This document shows, one piece after another, positions 1 to 8,597 of a DNA stretch of 64,000 nt. The translations under genes were made by a program, and so were the position numbers. Origin of the DNA: Alphaproteobacteria bacterium. Lineage in GTDB: Bacteria > Pseudomonadota > Alphaproteobacteria > Micavibrionales > UBA2020. Numbering within the stretch: position 1 is the stretch's first letter; every line of letters starts with the position of its first letter. Below the pieces are notes generated by a model. That model had not been told where the DNA came from, searched no databases, and was given only the letters and a program-made list of their open reading frames with translations. The stretch spans positions 909,043 through 973,042 of the forward strand of contig JAICWS010000002.1 in the NCBI GenBank assembly GCA_025934695.1, written 5' to 3'.

Positions 1-20
1 ATCCCGCAAGGAGCAGCACC

Positions 21-584
21 ATGAAAAATCCCCTTAAGACCCTCCATCAAAAGATCAACACAGGTATGTCGGGCGCCCTGACGCGCGGCAGAGACACCCT
101 CAAGACCGCCCCCGAAAAAATCAAGGCACGCATCGCGAAGCTGACATCGCCGGAAGGCAAGGCGAAGATCCTCAGCGGCTCGGGCATTGCGCTCTTGGCG
201 GGTGTTCCCGTCGCGGTCGGTGTCGTCCTGCTTGGCCCTGCGACAGCGACTGTCGCCGCAGGCGCAGCCGCGCTGGGTCTGCTGGGGGTCGGTTTCGGCC
301 TGCTCCAGGAAGGGGATAACGTGCGCTACCAGGCAGCGATGAAGAAGCAGGCGGATGTAAAGACGCAGGCGCCCAAAACGGAAGCCGCGCCCATTGCGCC
401 AACAACTGAAGCCGTTCCGTCCGCCACGGCCCCCGTCGAAGAGAAAAAGGTCGAAGCAGCCGCAACATCCAAGCCCGCAGTCGAATTCACCGCCGCGGCG
501 GAGAAGAAGGCGGAAGAACCGGCGGTCATTGTCGCGCCCGCCGCCGCTCCTGCCGTCAAGGTCGACATCGCACCCAAGCCCTAA
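21..584 (+). CDS. hypothetical membrane-anchored protein with Ala/Pro/Glu/Lys-rich C-terminal half
   Basis: 187-aa ORF. AAGGAG lies 8 nt upstream of the ATG. Central hydrophobic stretch (GIALLAGVPVAVGVVLLGPATATVAAGAAALGLLGVGFGLL) followed by a low-complexity tail. Confidence 0.55.
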   Translation: MKNPLKTLHQKINTGMSGALTRGRDTLKTAPEKIKARIAKLTSPEGKAKILSGSGIALLAGVPVAVGVVLLGPATATVAAGAAALGLLGVGFGLLQEGDNVRYQAAMKKQADVKTQAPKTEAAPIAPTTEAVPSATAPVEEKKVEAAATSKPAVEFTAAAEKKAEEPAVIVAPAAAPAVKVDIAPKP

Positions 585-590
585 ATACCG

Positions 591-635
591 GCAAAAAACG
601 CCACCGCCGCCGGCGAGGCCGGGGCGGGTGGCGTT
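591..635 (-). terminator. stem-loop with T-tract on the minus strand, downstream of the 658..1125 gene
   Basis: cgccaccgcc ... ggcgggtggcg stem. The plus-strand A-run (gcaaaaaacg) reads as TTTTTT after the hairpin on the minus strand. Confidence 0.5.
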
Positions 636-657
636 GCAGTTGGGCCTTTTGAAGCCT

Positions 658-1125
658 TTAGACCTGAAGCACCGTTCGCGTCGCCGAAACGTGCATCATC
701 TTCGCATAGCTATAGCCCAGCACGGCACCGTAGATGAGGTGCAGGACAAAGGTCGCGATGGGCGCTTCGATGCCGAGATTGGCGCCGAAGAAGCCAGCCC
801 CTGCGATTGGACTAACGACGATCATCGACAACAGCCAGACGATGATGCCGAACCACAATCCCTTCCCAAGCTCGGTCTTGCCGGGGACGAGATGGTTCCA
901 GGCTCCGAAGATAATGCCGAAAATAATCGTGCCGACGATGAAATGGAGACCCCAGCCCGTGCTGGGCGTGTCGGCCATGCCCAGGTAGCGGCTGGCCAGG
1001 CCCGAGTTCGTCGCGATCGGATCGAGTTCGGGCATCAGCTTCATCGCACTTTTGATGAGCATCAGCACGGACATGACGACCGTCGCGATAAAGCCCGCTC
1101 CGATGCCTTTAACTGTATTATCCAT
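658..1125 (-). CDS. hypothetical polytopic membrane protein
   Basis: 155-aa ORF with four hydrophobic segments. Strong SD (AAGGAGAACAACA) directly upstream of the ATG. Confidence 0.65.
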   Translation of the reverse strand: MDNTVKGIGAGFIATVVMSVLMLIKSAMKLMPELDPIATNSGLASRYLGMADTPSTGWGLHFIVGTIIFGIIFGAWNHLVPGKTELGKGLWFGIIVWLLSMIVVSPIAGAGFFGANLGIEAPIATFVLHLIYGAVLGYSYAKMMHVSATRTVLQV

Positions 1126-1380
1126 TGTTGTTCTCCTTTGTTATGACCAACGGACGAAATTGCCGATTGTTTCGGTCATAACTGATCGCCAAAACCACTG
1201 TGAACTGGTCATAACGACCGAAGCGAGGTTTGGGGGCGTCGCATTTTTTACTGATGCTTAATCTAATTCCGGCACAATTTAACAGATGCGCCTAAATAGC
1301 TTGGAAAGATTGAAAAACAGGCGGCGCAGGCGCTATCTTAAGAACAGGGGAAATTTTTCGGGCCCGTCAGGGTGGGGTGC

Positions 1381-2835
1381 ATGGGGAAAGTCGTCGTTCC
1401 GGCTATCTTGCTTCAATCTTTATTCGTATGTCGCGCCAGGGCATCGCTTGCCGCCCTCTGCGCCGCGATCATGTTGGCGCTCCCCGGGGCGGCCATGGCC
1501 GCGACTTTGGCCGACAGCGTCGCGCAGGCTCTCGATACGCATCCCGCCATTGTCGCCAAGAAAGCGGTGGTCGAGGCGGCCGGCGAAAACGTGAAGGAGC
1601 AGCGCTCCAATTTCTATCCGCAATTCTCCGCGGGCGCCCGCGCAGGCCGCCTCGCGCAGGAAGACGATATCACCCGTGAGTTCACCTCGGGCTTGGCCAG
1701 TTCCTGGCTAACGGAGGGCACCGCGACGCTGACGCAGCCGCTCTATACGGGCGGGACGAACATGAACCAGCTCGACGCCGCCAAAGAGCGCGAGAAGGCG
1801 GCGCGCTTCGACCTGTCCAGCTCGACCGACGATGTGGCGCTGCGGGCCGCGCGCGCGCATCTGAACCTCATGCGCACACACGACCTGCTCGACATCGCGC
1901 ACAAGTATATGGAAGCGATCCAAGGCCGCAAGGACAGTATCAGCCTCATGGTCTCGGAAGGGGCAGGCGATGAATCCGACCTGCTGCAGTCGAACGAAAT
2001 CCTCATGGCCGCGAAGACGACGCGCCTGGGATATGAAGAAGCCTTCCGCCAGGCGGAGGCAGATTATATCGCAGCGGTGGGCGGTTCGCCCGCGCGCGTG
2101 CTCGAATTCGGGCAGCCGACCTGGGAGCGCATGATTCCGGTGAACGTGGACGAGGCGGTGTCGTTAGCCGTCAACAACAACCCGCAGGTCCAGTCGGCCG
2201 GCGCCATGGTCGAGGCGCTGGGCAAAGACGCCGCCGCCTTCCGCGGCACCATGATTCCCCGCGTCGACGCGGAACTGAGCGGCATCGACCAGCAGAAGGA
2301 AACCGAGCTGGGTGGCGCGCTGCGCAATGTGCAGGGCATGCTGAAGCTGTCGTGGAATTTTTCGACCGGCGGCGGGCAATTCGCCCACCTCGATAAAGAC
2401 CTCTCGGCGCGGCGGGAGGCGATGGCCAAGCTCGACGACGCGCGCCGCAACGTCGAGCACGACGTGCGCCAGAAATTCACCTCGATGAAGATCGTCGACG
2501 AGCAATACGGACTCATGCGCGACCGCGAAAAGGCGGCCGAGCAGATCCTCTCCAACCTGACGGCGCAGTTCGAGGGCGGGCGGCAGTCGAATTTGCAGCT
2601 GATCAACGCCAACGCGCGCCTGTTCGAGGCGCGCGCCGCCCGCGCCGACACCTATTATCGCCGCCTGCTGGCGCGCTTCGAGTTGTTGAGCGCGATGGGC
2701 GACCTGCGCGAGGCCTTCGGGCCCGCGGGCGCGGCCTTTGCGTCGAAGCCGGCGGTATCATCCGCCGCCGCCCGTACGACGGCGATCACTTCCAGTCCCG
2801 AGGCGGATACGCCGCCCGGGCGCCAGGCGCCATAA
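1381..2835 (+). CDS. TolC-family outer membrane efflux protein (type I secretion outer membrane component)
   Basis: About 484 aa. Signal-like N-terminus (LALPGAAMAATLADSV) and a TolC/OEP two-repeat helical pattern. Stop lies 3 nt before the ABC gene. ATG at 1381 is preferred over GTG at 1372. Confidence 0.85.
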   Translation: MGKVVVPAILLQSLFVCRARASLAALCAAIMLALPGAAMAATLADSVAQALDTHPAIVAKKAVVEAAGENVKEQRSNFYPQFSAGARAGRLAQEDDITREFTSGLASSWLTEGTATLTQPLYTGGTNMNQLDAAKEREKAARFDLSSSTDDVALRAARAHLNLMRTHDLLDIAHKYMEAIQGRKDSISLMVSEGAGDESDLLQSNEILMAAKTTRLGYEEAFRQAEADYIAAVGGSPARVLEFGQPTWERMIPVNVDEAVSLAVNNNPQVQSAGAMVEALGKDAAAFRGTMIPRVDAELSGIDQQKETELGGALRNVQGMLKLSWNFSTGGGQFAHLDKDLSARREAMAKLDDARRNVEHDVRQKFTSMKIVDEQYGLMRDREKAAEQILSNLTAQFEGGRQSNLQLINANARLFEARAARADTYYRRLLARFELLSAMGDLREAFGPAGAAFASKPAVSSAAARTTAITSSPEADTPPGRQAP

Positions 2836-2838
2836 GCG

Positions 2839-4974
2839 ATGGCGGAGATCCTCCAGGCCCAGCGGACGGAAGCGCCTGAAAATTCCCTGCTCGAGGCCCT
2901 CGTCTTCATTACCGCCTTTTTCGGCCATGCGCGGTCGGCGGAAGCACTCTCCGCGGGGCTTCCCGTCGGCCGGAAAGGCATGACGCCCCAGATGTTCTGC
3001 CAGGCAGCGGAGCGCGCAGGCTTCCGGGCCAAGGTGCTCAAGCGAAACCTCGACAGCGTGCCGGCCGAGGTCATGCCGGCGATCGCCATGCTGAAATCCC
3101 GTCAGGCGGTTGTCATGCTGAGGGGCGAGAAGGGGCAGGCGCGGATCCTCAATCCGTCGACCCGCGAGGAGCGCGACGTCAGTCTCAAGGAATTTTCGCG
3201 TGAGTTTTCCGGCTACGTCATCTATGTGCGGCCCGACGAGACGGCGGCGGAGGGCGAGCCGCCCCTGTCGTCGCACTGGTTCTGGTCGAACGTCATCGAA
3301 AGCCGTGGCATTTATGTGCGCGTTATGGTGGCCTCGCTGCTGATCAACGTTTTCGCGCTAACCTCGCCCGTTTTCATCATGAATTTCTACAACCGCGTGC
3401 TGCCGAACAATGCCGTCGAGACCGGATGGGTCTTGAGCATCGGCGCCGCCTCCATCTTCCTCTTCGACTTCATCATCCGCACCATGCGCGGCTATTTCAT
3501 CGACGTCGCGGGGCGCCGCGCCGACGTCATCGCGGCGCAGCGGCTATATAACCAGATCCTCGACATGCGCTTAGGCTTTCGCCCGGCGTCGGTGGGCGCT
3601 TTCGCCAACAACCTGCGCGATTTCGATTCCTTGCGCGAATTTTTCAACTCGGCGACGATGACGGCCTTCGTCGATTTCCCGTTCTCGCTCCTATTTATCG
3701 TCACCATGTGGATCATCGGCGGCCCGCTGATCGCCCTCGTGCTGGTGACACTGTACGCGGTGGCGGCCGTGGCGGGCTATGTCATGCAGCTGCCCGTGCA
3801 GCGCAAGGTACACCAGGCCATGAAGACGGGCGAGCAGAAACACGGGCTTCTTGTCGAAACCATCGCCAATATCGAAACCATCCGCGGCGTCGGCGGCGAG
3901 GGACATTTGCGCGCCAGCTATGCCACCTATACCGGCAAATCGGCCGAAGCGGGGCAGGCATCCCGCTTCTATTCGGGCCTTAGCGTGCATTTCTCGATCC
4001 TCGTCCAGCAGCTCGCCTCCGTCATTATCGTGCTGGTCGGCATGTATCTCGTGGCGGACAAGGATATGAGCGTGGGCGCGCTGATCGCCTGCGTGCTGCT
4101 GGGTTCGCGCGCCATCGCGCCGGTCGGGCAGGTGGCCGGGCTCGTCAATAAATACCATCATGCGAAATCCTCTTACCGCAACCTCGACGCCGTGATGCGC
4201 CTGCCGGTCGAGCGCCCGCGCGACAAGAAATTCCTGCATCGCCCGAAGCTCAAGGGCGACATTTCCTTCCGCGATGTCGAATTCGCCTATCCGCGCACCA
4301 ACCGGCCCGTGCTGATGGGCCTGACGCTGAACATTCGCGCGGGCGAACGCGTGGCCGTCGTCGGCCGCATCGGCTCGGGCAAAAGCACGCTTCTGAAACT
4401 GATCGTCGACTTTTACGAGCCGACGCGCGGCACGATTCTGGTCGACGACGCCGACATGCGCCAGATCGACCCGGCGGATCTGCGGCGCAATATCGCTTAT
4501 ATGGGTCAGGATACGGCGCTCATGAGCGGTACTGTGCGCGACAATATCGTCATGGGCCGGCCCGCCGCCACGGACGAAGAGGTGCTGCGCGTCGCCACGC
4601 TGGCCTGCGCCCATGATTTCGTCCGCCGCCACCCGATGGGCTACGACGCGCCCGTCGGCGAGCGCGGCGAAGGCTTGTCGGGCGGGCAGCGGCAGGCCGT
4701 GGCGCTGGCGCGCACGTTGCTGATGGATACGCCCGTGCTGCTGCTGGACGAACCCACCAATTCGATGGACTCCGGCACAGAAGATCGCGTGCTTTCGCAG
4801 CTGGAGGAATTCACGAAGGACAGGACGCTGGTCGTCGTCACGCACAAACCCGCGCTGCTGCGCCTCGTCACGCGCATCGTCGTGATGGACCAGGGCCGCG
4901 TGGTGGCCGACGGCGCGCGCGACCAGGTGCTGCAGGCGCTATCGACGGGCAAGATACTGGTGTCGAAGGATTAG
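2839..4974 (+). CDS. type I secretion system ABC permease/ATPase with N-terminal C39-like domain (HlyB/LapB type)
   Basis: 711 aa. N-terminal peptidase-C39-like fold lacks the catalytic Cys. Six-TM ABC membrane domain. Walker A GRIGSGKST, signature LSGGQRQ, Walker B LLLDEPT. Confidence 0.9.
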   Translation: MAEILQAQRTEAPENSLLEALVFITAFFGHARSAEALSAGLPVGRKGMTPQMFCQAAERAGFRAKVLKRNLDSVPAEVMPAIAMLKSRQAVVMLRGEKGQARILNPSTREERDVSLKEFSREFSGYVIYVRPDETAAEGEPPLSSHWFWSNVIESRGIYVRVMVASLLINVFALTSPVFIMNFYNRVLPNNAVETGWVLSIGAASIFLFDFIIRTMRGYFIDVAGRRADVIAAQRLYNQILDMRLGFRPASVGAFANNLRDFDSLREFFNSATMTAFVDFPFSLLFIVTMWIIGGPLIALVLVTLYAVAAVAGYVMQLPVQRKVHQAMKTGEQKHGLLVETIANIETIRGVGGEGHLRASYATYTGKSAEAGQASRFYSGLSVHFSILVQQLASVIIVLVGMYLVADKDMSVGALIACVLLGSRAIAPVGQVAGLVNKYHHAKSSYRNLDAVMRLPVERPRDKKFLHRPKLKGDISFRDVEFAYPRTNRPVLMGLTLNIRAGERVAVVGRIGSGKSTLLKLIVDFYEPTRGTILVDDADMRQIDPADLRRNIAYMGQDTALMSGTVRDNIVMGRPAATDEEVLRVATLACAHDFVRRHPMGYDAPVGERGEGLSGGQRQAVALARTLLMDTPVLLLDEPTNSMDSGTEDRVLSQLEEFTKDRTLVVVTHKPALLRLVTRIVVMDQGRVVADGARDQVLQALSTGKILVSKD

Positions 4975-4976
4975 GC

Positions 4977-6290
4977 ATGGACAAGGAAGACGTCGAATTC
5001 ATGTCGGAACTGGAAGCGGCGGCGCACCTGAAGCCCTCGCGCGCCTCGACCCTGTTCCTGTGGATTGTCTTCGGCCTTTTCGCCTGGCTGTTCGCCTGGT
5101 CGGCTGTCTCGCAGGTGGACGAGCGCGTCCGCGGCGCGGGACAGGTCATGCCCTCGTCCGACATCCAGGTCGTCCAGAGCCTCGAGGGCGGCGTGCTCGA
5201 CGCCATCCTCGTCAGCGAGGGCGATCATGTAAAGAAGGACCAGGTCCTCCTGCGCATCAACGACGTCCAGTTCGCCTCGCAGGGACGCGGCGTCGAGGCC
5301 GAGCTTGTGGGCCTGCAGGCGAAGGAAACGCGCCTCAAGGCCGAAGCGGCCGGCCAGCCCTATGTCGCCGACGCTCTGATCGCGCAGAAATATCCCGATG
5401 TCGCGGCCAACGAGGGAAAGCTCTACAGGTCGCGCCAGGATGAGCTTAAAACCTCCTTCGGCATCATCGACGACGAGGTGAAGGAAGCCGAGGCCAACCT
5501 GTCCGAGGTGCGCGCCGATATCGGCAAATATGCGAAGAGCAAGGAACTGCTCAGCAAGCAGCTCGATATCACGCACCGCCTCGTACAGCAGCACGCGCAG
5601 CCCGAGATCGACGAGCTTAAGCTCGAGCAGCAGCTGAATGAAGTCTCGGGCAGCCTCTCGTCGGCCTACCAATCCGAACAGTCGCTGGAAGCGCGCCTCG
5701 CCGCCGCGAAGAAGAAAGAAGAAGAAAAGACCGGCGCCTTCCGCTCGCAGGCGCTGGGCGAGCTGAACGACGTCGAATCGAAAATCGCCTCCATCAAGGA
5801 AAACCTGAAATCCATCCAGGACAAGGTGAACCGCACCGAGCTGAAGTCGCCGGTGGACGGTATCGTCCAGCAGCTTCATGTCAAGACGGTGGGCGGCGTC
5901 ATCCAGCCCGCGCAAAAGCTGGTTGAAATCGTGCCTGCCGCCGATGACCTCATGATCCGCGCGCGCATCGCGCCCGCCGACGTCGCTTTCCTCAAGCCGG
6001 GGCAGGACGTGCGTGTCAGCATCACGGCCTACGACCCGCAGATTTACGGCACCCTCCAGGGTCGTCTGGAGCGGATCAGTCCCGACACGGTCGAGGATTC
6101 GAAGGGCGACGCCTGGTTCGAAATCGACGTGCGCACCGACAAAAATTATCTTGGCGACGCGGGACATCCCTTGCGCATTGCGCCCGGCATGGTCAGCGAG
6201 ACCGAAGTCATCGTCGGCAAGCGCACCATACTCACCTACCTGATGAAACCGGTCCTGCGAACGAAGGACCGGGCATTTACGGAGAAATAG
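4977..6290 (+). CDS. HlyD-family type I secretion periplasmic adaptor
   Basis: 437 aa. N-terminal TM (LFLWIVFGLFAWLFAWSAV), long coiled-coil, and a C-terminal beta-domain ending in the typical TILTYLMKPV motif. Starts 2 nt after the ABC stop. Confidence 0.9.
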   Translation: MDKEDVEFMSELEAAAHLKPSRASTLFLWIVFGLFAWLFAWSAVSQVDERVRGAGQVMPSSDIQVVQSLEGGVLDAILVSEGDHVKKDQVLLRINDVQFASQGRGVEAELVGLQAKETRLKAEAAGQPYVADALIAQKYPDVAANEGKLYRSRQDELKTSFGIIDDEVKEAEANLSEVRADIGKYAKSKELLSKQLDITHRLVQQHAQPEIDELKLEQQLNEVSGSLSSAYQSEQSLEARLAAAKKKEEEKTGAFRSQALGELNDVESKIASIKENLKSIQDKVNRTELKSPVDGIVQQLHVKTVGGVIQPAQKLVEIVPAADDLMIRARIAPADVAFLKPGQDVRVSITAYDPQIYGTLQGRLERISPDTVEDSKGDAWFEIDVRTDKNYLGDAGHPLRIAPGMVSETEVIVGKRTILTYLMKPVLRTKDRAFTEK

Positions 6291-6293
6291 CGC

Positions 6294-8594
6294 ATGCTGA
6301 TGGCCGTCCTCAGCAAACGATGGGCGCAGCTGACGATCCTACTGATCCTGCTGGGCGTCGGCATTTCCCTGATCCTTCCCGAAAAGCCACCGTCCTTCAT
6401 CGCCCGGCTGCAGCAGTTCAACTATGACACCTATAACGTGCACATGCCGCGCGACCCGGCAGGCCGCTACCGGGACGTCGCCATCGTCGACATCGACGAA
6501 GAGTCGCTCCGGCGTGTCGGCCAGTGGCCCTGGCCGCGGCCGCTGATGGGCGACCTGGCGCTGGCGCTGCGCGACCTGGGCGCGAAATCCGTCGCCTTCG
6601 ACATGACTTTTTCCGAGCCCGACCGGCTGTCGCCGGAAAGGATGGCCGACACGCTGCCCAACTCGCCTGATATGGCCCCTGTCGCCGAGGTCCTGAAAAA
6701 GATGCCGACGAATGACTCGGTCTTCGCGCAGAAAATCGGCCAGGCCGGAAACGTCATCACTGGCTTCGTCACCGAAACGACGCCGACCAAGTCGATCTTC
6801 GTCAGCCGGGCGCCCTTCTGCGGCCACAGCAAGCCGCCCTTCAACGACAAGCATCCCGCGCCGCCGCTCTTGCGCGCCCGCTACCTTGTGACATCGCTGC
6901 CCGAGATCACGCGCGCCGCGGCCGGCAACGGGATATTCACGGCCGAGCCGGACGAGCAGGACGGCATCATCCGCCACGTGCCGCTGCTGCTGGACTACGG
7001 CGAGAACGGAGGACCGGTCACCGACGTCCTGCCCGCGCTGTCGCTGGAAGCGTTGCGCGTGTCATTGAGGGACGAGTTCCAGATTCTCGAAAAAATGGGC
7101 CGTTGCGCCGGGTACGACATAGACGAGAGCGACATCGGCACCGTTAACGGCATCACGCTGGCCAAAAAACTCGTTCCGACGGACAGCTGGGGAAAAATCA
7201 ACGTCTATTACCACGGCTACTACAGTCACCCCGAGCATTATAACGACATCTACGTTCCCGCCTGGCAGGTTCTCGAGAAGAAGGCGCCGGCCGACAAGAT
7301 CAAGGGCAAGATTGTCTTGGTCGGCACCTCGTCCATCGGGTTGCTCGACCTGCGTTCGTCGCCGCTGACGGCGGTGCTTCCCGGGGTTGAAATCCACGCC
7401 GAGATCATCGAGCAGCTGCTGCACGACCAGTACCTGATCGTCCATCCCGATACGAAGTATTACGAGCTTCTCTTCATCATCGCCGTGTGCCTCGGCGTCA
7501 TCTTCCTGACGCCTGTGATATCGGGCGGCACGATGGCGCTGCTGGTCGCGGTGATACTCGCAGCCGAGATCGGGGGCGGCGTCCTTGCCTACCAGAGCGG
7601 CTATCTCATCGACGTCGCTTACCCGTCCTTCGTCATTATCGTCATTTTCATCATGTCCTCGATCCTGACCAACCTGCGCACCGAGATGGAAAAGCGCATG
7701 ATCCGCCAGGCCTTCGACCGCTACCTGTCGCCCGCGCTGATCGAGGAACTCGTCAAGGATCCGTCGCGGCTCAAGCTCGGCGGCGACGTACGTGAGCTCA
7801 GCGTCATGTTCACCGACATCCGCAACTTCACGACGATCTCGGAGTCGATGGATCCCGCGGAGCTCATCCGTATGATGAATGATTTCCTCACCCCCATGAC
7901 CTCGGCCGTGCTCGACAACAAGGGCTTCGTCGACAAATACATGGGCGATGCGATGATGACCTTTTGGAATGCTCCCGTCGACGACCCTTACCATGCGACC
8001 AACGCCTGCCGCGCGGCGCTCGAGATGGTCGAGGCGCTCAAGCCCGTCAATGCCGAATTGCGCGCGCGCGCTGAGAAAGCCGGCAAGCCTTTCCACGAGC
8101 TGAAGGCCGGCATCGGCATCAACAGCGGCAAGGCCTCGGTCGGCAACATGGGGTCCAAGCAGCGCTTTGCCTATTCGGCGCTCGGCGACACGGTCAACCT
8201 CGCCTCCCGCATGGAAGGCCAGACCAAGGTCTACGGCGTCACGACGATGATCTCGGCCTCGACGCAGGCGCTGGTGAAGGATTTCGCCTGCATCGAGCTC
8301 GACCTGCTGACCGTCAAGGGCCGCGCCGAACCGGAGCGGGTCTATACGCTGCTGGGCGACGAAAAGCTGGCGGCGACGCCCGCCTTCAAGGCCTTCGCCG
8401 AGGCGCATGCGCGCATGCTGGCGGCCTATCGGGCGCAGGACTGGGATGCGGCGGGCAAGCTTATTACCGAATGCGCGTCGTTAAGGCCGGACCTGGCGGC
8501 ACTCTATCACCTCTACGCGGAGCGTATCGGCGCGTATCGCGCGCATCCGCCCGGTCCGGAATGGACCGGCGTCTGGATCGCCAAGGAAAAATAG
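6294..8594 (+). CDS. CHASE2 sensor domain-containing class III adenylate/guanylate cyclase
   Basis: 766 aa. TM plus CHASE2 region (AIVDIDEESLRRVGQWPWPR), a block of TM helices, then the cyclase catalytic core (VMFTDIRNFT, DKYMGDAMM, GDTVNLASRME). Starts 3 nt after the HlyD stop. Confidence 0.85.
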   Translation: MLMAVLSKRWAQLTILLILLGVGISLILPEKPPSFIARLQQFNYDTYNVHMPRDPAGRYRDVAIVDIDEESLRRVGQWPWPRPLMGDLALALRDLGAKSVAFDMTFSEPDRLSPERMADTLPNSPDMAPVAEVLKKMPTNDSVFAQKIGQAGNVITGFVTETTPTKSIFVSRAPFCGHSKPPFNDKHPAPPLLRARYLVTSLPEITRAAAGNGIFTAEPDEQDGIIRHVPLLLDYGENGGPVTDVLPALSLEALRVSLRDEFQILEKMGRCAGYDIDESDIGTVNGITLAKKLVPTDSWGKINVYYHGYYSHPEHYNDIYVPAWQVLEKKAPADKIKGKIVLVGTSSIGLLDLRSSPLTAVLPGVEIHAEIIEQLLHDQYLIVHPDTKYYELLFIIAVCLGVIFLTPVISGGTMALLVAVILAAEIGGGVLAYQSGYLIDVAYPSFVIIVIFIMSSILTNLRTEMEKRMIRQAFDRYLSPALIEELVKDPSRLKLGGDVRELSVMFTDIRNFTTISESMDPAELIRMMNDFLTPMTSAVLDNKGFVDKYMGDAMMTFWNAPVDDPYHATNACRAALEMVEALKPVNAELRARAEKAGKPFHELKAGIGINSGKASVGNMGSKQRFAYSALGDTVNLASRMEGQTKVYGVTTMISASTQALVKDFACIELDLLTVKGRAEPERVYTLLGDEKLAATPAFKAFAEAHARMLAAYRAQDWDAAGKLITECASLRPDLAALYHLYAERIGAYRAHPPGPEWTGVWIAKEK

Positions 8595-8597
8595 AAA